This document shows positions 15,340 through 20,000 of a DNA stretch of 20,000 nucleotides, piece by piece. A program made the translations under genes and the position numbers. Position 1 is the stretch's first letter. Each line of letters opens with the position of its first letter. A model generated the notes under the pieces. The model did no database searches. It was not told the origin of the DNA and saw only the letters and a list, made by a program, of their open reading frames with translations. Source of the DNA: an uncultured virus (IMG/VR IMGVR_UViG_3300021399_000011) (lineage: Duplodnaviria > Heunggongvirae > Uroviricota > Caudoviricetes); the IMG/VR virus record IMGVR_UViG_3300021399_000011; one strand, written 5' to 3'.

Positions 15340-17092
15340 GGGCATCAACTACGACGAGTTCGCAACCCCGGAATGGGCGTTGTTGATTTCGTTCTTTCGC
15401 TACTACCCCGACATCCTTGAAGACTTGTGCCGAGGGGAAAACGCCGAGTTTTCCAACAGCCTGATAAACCGGGTCATGAAACGCTACATGGCGCGGTATC
15501 AGGAAACATTCACCACCGGCTCTCGTGGCATCGGCAAGACCACGACAGTCGTTTCGGATAAATGCAACAAGGGAATCCTGTGGCCGGGAGAGATAACCGG
15601 CTACTACGCGCCGGTCATGACGCAGGCCGCACCCCTTGCCTCGAAAGCCTACGCCACCTACAAGCGAAACACGCCGATCCTCGCTGACCACTGGATCAAG
15701 AACAACGACGGACGTGACCGCTTCAAGGTCACAACGCCGCTCGGTTCTCAGTTCATTATGGATATCGATCGTGGTATCGATACATCGGGTGTGGTCGCGG
15801 AAGAGTGTGCGCAGGAAGACAAAAATCCTTTCAACTGGGCTGACTTCAATCAGATTGTCCTCGGAACGAACCGTCTGACCTACAAGATCAACGGTCATGT
15901 GGACGAAACGCACAAGGACAGCCAGATCCACTATATAACCTCCGCCACGCGCAGAGAGAACGAAGCATATTCGGTTTACACGAATCTGCGGAAAGCCATG
16001 CAGGACGGCGAAGATGCCTTTGCCATTTCAATGCCGTGGCAAGTGCCAGTCCTCGCAAGAATGAAATCGGCGTCCTACTATCGGATGCTGAAAAAGAAGC
16101 TCACTTCCGAGCAGTTCATGCGAGAGTGCGAGGCCAAGTGGACTGGCTCCGTTGAAAACCCCATCATCCGCGATGACATCCTTGCGGCGAGCCGAAAGCT
16201 CAAGGTGATGGAGGACAAGCACTGCGGAGATCCTGAGTGCTTCTACATTATCGGCTACGACGTTTCGTCCCGCGATGTCGCGGGCAACGCCCTAATTGGC
16301 ATGGCGGTGGTCAAATGCGAACGGCAGTACGCTTCCGCCACGATGGACGCTTATAAGAAGAGCCTCGTCTACGTCGAAGAGCGGCGACCGCCGAAGGGCG
16401 GACATCTGGAGCAGGCGGCGCTTATCAAAAGGCGATGGAAAGACTACTGCATCCCAGATGGGAAACCGGCGCTCATCATCCTCGACGCAAGAAGCTACGG
16501 ATGGTCGGTATGGGAAGACCTTCACCTTGACTTGGGAGACGGACTTCCACCCATGTGCGCTACGATGCCGGAGATGGAGATACCCACGTTGGTGCAGGAT
16601 GGAGCGATACCCTGCGTATATCCCCTACAGGCTACCGGCAACGGCGGAAACGATCCAAACACCGTCATGCTCGACTACATCGAGCGTGAGTTTGAAAACG
16701 GAAACATCCTGCTGCTGACGCAGAATCTTTACGACGGGCTTCAAGCCTACAAGCTCTCGCACAACATCAAGGATGACCTGCGAGACCCGGAGATTCAGCT
16801 TCCGTATAGTTCCACGAACAAGCTGACACGGCAAATCGCTAACCTACAGAAAAAGTACGGCTCGGTAGGCTGGACGGAAGTACAGATCAACAAGTACATC
16901 CAGAAAGATATGTGGTCGGCTTTCCTGTATGCCTGCCGGATGGCACAAAGATTGGAAAAATCTGAACTTTATGCACTCAATCGCAGGAAAAATGCGTGGG
17001 ATGAATTTGCCAAGAAGTACGAGGGCATGAGCGGAAAGTACGACATCAAGACGCGCACGAGCCGCAGGCAAGGGAGAATGGGTATACGATGA
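15305..17092 (+). CDS. terL: Terminase large subunit
   Basis: Walker A GSRGIGKTT, Walker B-like GVVAEE, YITSA motif, F.RE.EAKW, nuclease IIGYDVS, IILDAR and KDMWSA. Confidence 0.88.
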   Translation: MPRPARANKDREGINYDEFATPEWALLISFFRYYPDILEDLCRGENAEFSNSLINRVMKRYMARYQETFTTGSRGIGKTTTVVSDKCNKGILWPGEITGYYAPVMTQAAPLASKAYATYKRNTPILADHWIKNNDGRDRFKVTTPLGSQFIMDIDRGIDTSGVVAEECAQEDKNPFNWADFNQIVLGTNRLTYKINGHVDETHKDSQIHYITSATRRENEAYSVYTNLRKAMQDGEDAFAISMPWQVPVLARMKSASYYRMLKKKLTSEQFMRECEAKWTGSVENPIIRDDILAASRKLKVMEDKHCGDPECFYIIGYDVSSRDVAGNALIGMAVVKCERQYASATMDAYKKSLVYVEERRPPKGGHLEQAALIKRRWKDYCIPDGKPALIILDARSYGWSVWEDLHLDLGDGLPPMCATMPEMEIPTLVQDGAIPCVYPLQATGNGGNDPNTVMLDYIEREFENGNILLLTQNLYDGLQAYKLSHNIKDDLRDPEIQLPYSSTNKLTRQIANLQKKYGSVGWTEVQINKYIQKDMWSAFLYACRMAQRLEKSELYALNRRKNAWDEFAKKYEGMSGKYDIKTRTSRRQGRMGIR

Positions 17093-17421
17093 ACAAGTTA
17101 TGGGTATGCCGCTCCACGGCTGAGAATATAGCAAGAGCCGAGAAGTACGAATACTTCAAGGCCAATGAAAAATACTGCCTTGTCATCACGGATGACACGC
17201 CTGAGAAAATGGCGGAAGTCAAGGATGACGCCGCAAAGTCGCTGACCGTTCAGGACTGGACGTGGATAACGGCTGTCGGTGAAAAAATCAAGGCAGAAAA
17301 GGAGTATGAAGCGTTTCGAGAGGAACAGAAAAAGTTCCTTGAACGCTTTGAAGCGGAACTCATCAAACAGAAAGAGGGACTGACAGATGGCGGAAACTCC
17401 GAACACGGTGGAACAGAATAA
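17089..17421 (+). CDS. Hypothetical protein
   Basis: 110 aa; ATGA-coupled to terL and overlapping the putative portal start. Confidence 0.65.
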   Translation: MNKLWVCRSTAENIARAEKYEYFKANEKYCLVITDDTPEKMAEVKDDAAKSLTVQDWTWITAVGEKIKAEKEYEAFREEQKKFLERFEAELIKQKEGLTDGGNSEHGGTE

Positions 17422-19201
17422 CGACACCTGGGCGGAGCTTGCCAAGGGCATCAAGCGCCTCAACGGGCAGTACGGCTCCCTCGGCATGGGTTCCATCTTC
17501 TCTGCTTGGACAGCCGCAGGCGGAATCAACCTTCTGACACAGTGGCCTCAGATCCAGAACGCAAGAATCAAGGGCGTAAACACCAGGGCGGCGGACTTCA
17601 ACAAAGACCAGATCGCCGAGATGGTGCAGGCCCCCAGTTCCAACGAGCGCGAACTTCGCGCCGTTTCCGCGTCTCTGGACGGAAGCGCCATGACGTACTC
17701 CGTTATTCTGGACACCTACCAGAATATTCCCACATACGACTGGTATGTATACCCGTCTGAAACCCTTTCCAAAGTGTCCTTCGAGCAGATGCGCCGGGAC
17801 TACATACTGACGCAGAAACTCGCAGACAAGATAAATCCGAGCGCCACGGCGCGAAGAATCAACGGTCAGTGCGCCAAGTATGGCAAGGTCTTCTACACGC
17901 CGAGATACGATGTGGACAAGAGCCACAACGCCATCAAGTATGCGTTCCTACAGCAGCTCCCCACCGACTGGTGCATGATCGTGGGCGAGAACAACGGCCC
18001 CGGTAAGTACACCGTGGCGTTCAACCTGATGTACTTTATGAAACCCGGCACCGACCCCCGCCAGTTTGGAGACCTGTTTCTCCCCTATCTGGACGTTTTC
18101 GGCGAAGTGGTGGAAGAACGTGGGAGCTTCGCCTATTCCTCCACCGAAAGACGCTACGGCATCAACGCTGAGAAATTCCGAGCCTGTGACGCGGCGAACA
18201 CCGTTGGCAATCCACGTTGGTATCAGGTCGGCACGGTAAACTACTACTGGGTCAACCTTCCCGCCGACAAGGTAATCGTGTTTGAGCGAAACGACCGCAC
18301 CGTGGATGTCGTGCCGGAAACTTCCGGCATGATGGTGAGCATGGTACAGGTTCCGGCTTACGAAGCCGCCCAGCTCGAAATCATCCTCAATCCCCTTACT
18401 TCCATCATGACGGGCGAACTTCCCACCTACGATACGAGCGGAGTCCCCGGAGCTGACCCCATTGCCATCTCCCCGGCGCAGAGAGAGCTTTTTGAAACCT
18501 TCTGGTATCAGATGTTGTCCGCAAATAACACGTCCGGCATCGGCCTTTATCTGGCTCCTGCGAAGAACATGAAGCTCCAGACGATTACCGATACCGTCAG
18601 CTCCACTTCAATCGCGGAACACGCCTACAGCGACCAGATACAGAAAGCCGGACTTGCGGCCATCATCCCCACGTCTGATGATCCCAAAGTCGGCGTGGCG
18701 GAACTGAGCGCCAAGGTGAACGCGCAGGCGGTGCAGCCGATCTACTGGACGTTCGAGCGCATGATGAACGCCATCTTCGAGGATTTGAACCTCAAGACGG
18801 TGATGCGGTTCCACATGTTTGGCGATGTGTTCTCGCGTGACAGAGAAATGGAACAGGCGCGTAAAGACATGACGCTCGGCCTCATGGAAGCCACGCTCAA
18901 GTACAACGCCATGATGGGTCACTCGATCCTTGATGACCTTGCCATTTCCGAGTTCGTCACGAAGAGCGGCATTATGGATAGACGGCTTCCGCTTGTTTCC
19001 ACATACAGCGCGAGAAACGATAAGAGCGCACTTCCGCCGCAGGCGGCGCAGGAACTCAATCCCGGCGGCAGACCGTCAGAGGCCGGAAGCGAGTCCAGTC
19101 AGAAAAACCGCGACTTTCTCCAAAATCCGTCCGGCGGTGGCGGAGGCGGTGTGCCGGGTCGAAGAGTCGATCCGAGGGACGAATGGAACTGGGATGACTA
19201 A
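17387..19201 (+). CDS. Probable portal protein
   Basis: 604 aa between the terminase and the protease; C-terminal GGRP motif is common in portals. Mainly a positional call. Confidence 0.7.
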   Translation: MAETPNTVEQNNDTWAELAKGIKRLNGQYGSLGMGSIFSAWTAAGGINLLTQWPQIQNARIKGVNTRAADFNKDQIAEMVQAPSSNERELRAVSASLDGSAMTYSVILDTYQNIPTYDWYVYPSETLSKVSFEQMRRDYILTQKLADKINPSATARRINGQCAKYGKVFYTPRYDVDKSHNAIKYAFLQQLPTDWCMIVGENNGPGKYTVAFNLMYFMKPGTDPRQFGDLFLPYLDVFGEVVEERGSFAYSSTERRYGINAEKFRACDAANTVGNPRWYQVGTVNYYWVNLPADKVIVFERNDRTVDVVPETSGMMVSMVQVPAYEAAQLEIILNPLTSIMTGELPTYDTSGVPGADPIAISPAQRELFETFWYQMLSANNTSGIGLYLAPAKNMKLQTITDTVSSTSIAEHAYSDQIQKAGLAAIIPTSDDPKVGVAELSAKVNAQAVQPIYWTFERMMNAIFEDLNLKTVMRFHMFGDVFSRDREMEQARKDMTLGLMEATLKYNAMMGHSILDDLAISEFVTKSGIMDRRLPLVSTYSARNDKSALPPQAAQELNPGGRPSEAGSESSQKNRDFLQNPSGGGGGGVPGRRVDPRDEWNWDD

Positions 19202-19367
19202 ACCTTATCTGAAAGAGATCCGATGCCCCGTATGCCACAAGCTTCTGCTGTATGCGGACGGACGTGGGGAAATCGCCTGCCTTAAATGCCGGGGCGGAAC
19301 GCTCGTAATCTACGACACCGACCACGACATCGTGAAAATACAATATCGCCACACAGAGCGCCATTAA
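19194..19367 (+). CDS. Com-like zinc-ribbon regulator (57 aa)
   Basis: MTKPYLKEIRCPVCHKLL...GEIACLKC matches the Mu Com-type pattern (EIRC..C.KLL...I.C..C). Confidence 0.7.
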   Translation: MTKPYLKEIRCPVCHKLLLYADGRGEIACLKCRGGTLVIYDTDHDIVKIQYRHTERH

Positions 19368-19435
19368 GAGCGCCGCACAGCATGAACACGGGAGCAATCC
19401 CCAACGTGCTACAAGCGGTGCTCTTATTTCTTTTT
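19355..19435 (+). promoter_or_regulatory. Structured RNA element / attenuator-like hairpin before the head genes
   Basis: TAAGAGCGCCGC (19365-76) pairs with GCGGTGCTCTTA (19415-26). Inner AGCATG/CGTGCT stem and a GGGA-GCAA-TCCC GNRA cap, then a U-rich tract and the RBS. Confidence 0.6.
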
Positions 19436-19448
19436 CGAGGTGAGACCA

Positions 19449-20000
19449 ATGGAGAAAAACAGAACAGTTGTCGGACAACTGCGGGTGTTGGAAACCACCA
19501 ACCCCAAGCTGTACCCCGTTGAGATCATGGCGCTCAACTCCGAGATCAATCGGAACAACTGGCGCTATATCAATCTGCAACAGCATCTCAACGAATTTCT
19601 GGATATCCCCATTCTGACCGCCTATGTCGGCGGCGGTCTGGTGATTGGGGACGGTCACAACTACAGTATGAAGCGAGACCCAAAGACCGGCGAGGAGTAC
19701 GCCAGTTTCACGGCTTCCGACGCCGAACGCATCGTGGGATGGATTCCCAAAGATGCCTCGAATGTACGCCTTGAGATGATTGACGGCGTGGAATGGGTGG
19801 TCGTGCGCGGCAATCTGTGGTCGTGGTACGCAAAAGAGCTTGTAGACCAAATTGCGCGACAGGGGCGCATGGAGGTTTCTATAGAAACGCTTGTGCTGGA
19901 GGAGCACAAGGGAGAGAGCGGCGAAGATGTCGAAGAAAAATATCTTGTCCTCGGCGTCACGATCCTTGGCAACGGCGTTGAGCCTGCCGTGGCCGGAGCG
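19449..20000 (+). CDS. Probable prohead maturation protease (3'-truncated), not in the ORF track
   Basis: Open frame from ATG 19449 (RBS GAGGTG): ...NRNNW...IPIL.AY...GDGH...IVGWI...G.LW..Y...VSIE...GVTILG.GV.PAVAGA. Motif order and position fit phage head proteases. Confidence 0.7.
   Translation, partial: MEKNRTVVGQLRVLETTNPKLYPVEIMALNSEINRNNWRYINLQQHLNEFLDIPILTAYVGGGLVIGDGHNYSMKRDPKTGEEYASFTASDAERIVGWIPKDASNVRLEMIDGVEWVVVRGNLWSWYAKELVDQIARQGRMEVSIETLVLEEHKGESGEDVEEKYLVLGVTILGNGVEPAVAGA

Noticed and set aside
14293..15348. 351-aa minus-strand ORF and similar long antisense ORFs (7871-8530, 15131-15931, 19056-19907)
   Set aside because: They shadow well-supported plus-strand genes and show no recognisable motifs.

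Overview
This window is part of a temperate tailed-phage genome, probably infecting a Bacillota/Clostridia host (sigma-A-type promoters, GGAG/GAGGTG ribosome-binding sites). It appears to be in the non-integrated form. From left to right it holds: small accessory genes with a ThyX-like enzyme; an attP carrying the 3' half of tRNA-Thr(CGT) and its terminator; a tyrosine integrase; a cI/cro switch with face-to-face promoters; a Cas7/RAMP-like gene followed by a ~270-nt non-coding array with 5-nt GG(Y)-NN periodicity in ~44-54-nt units, then a winged-helix gene; a recombination/replication module (YqaJ exonuclease, DUF1351-like, Bet/RecT, SSB, replication initiator, DnaB helicase, DUF1064-like, dUTPase); and the start of the packaging/head module (Zn-finger protein, terminase large subunit, portal, Com-like Zn ribbon, prohead protease). 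The standout is the RAMP plus pentamer-array locus, a candidate RNA-guided system that is not CRISPR. Tandem NrdR-box-like operators at the packaging-operon promoter and a structured RNA after the Com-like gene are also notable. All assignments come from reading motifs by eye; no database searches were run.
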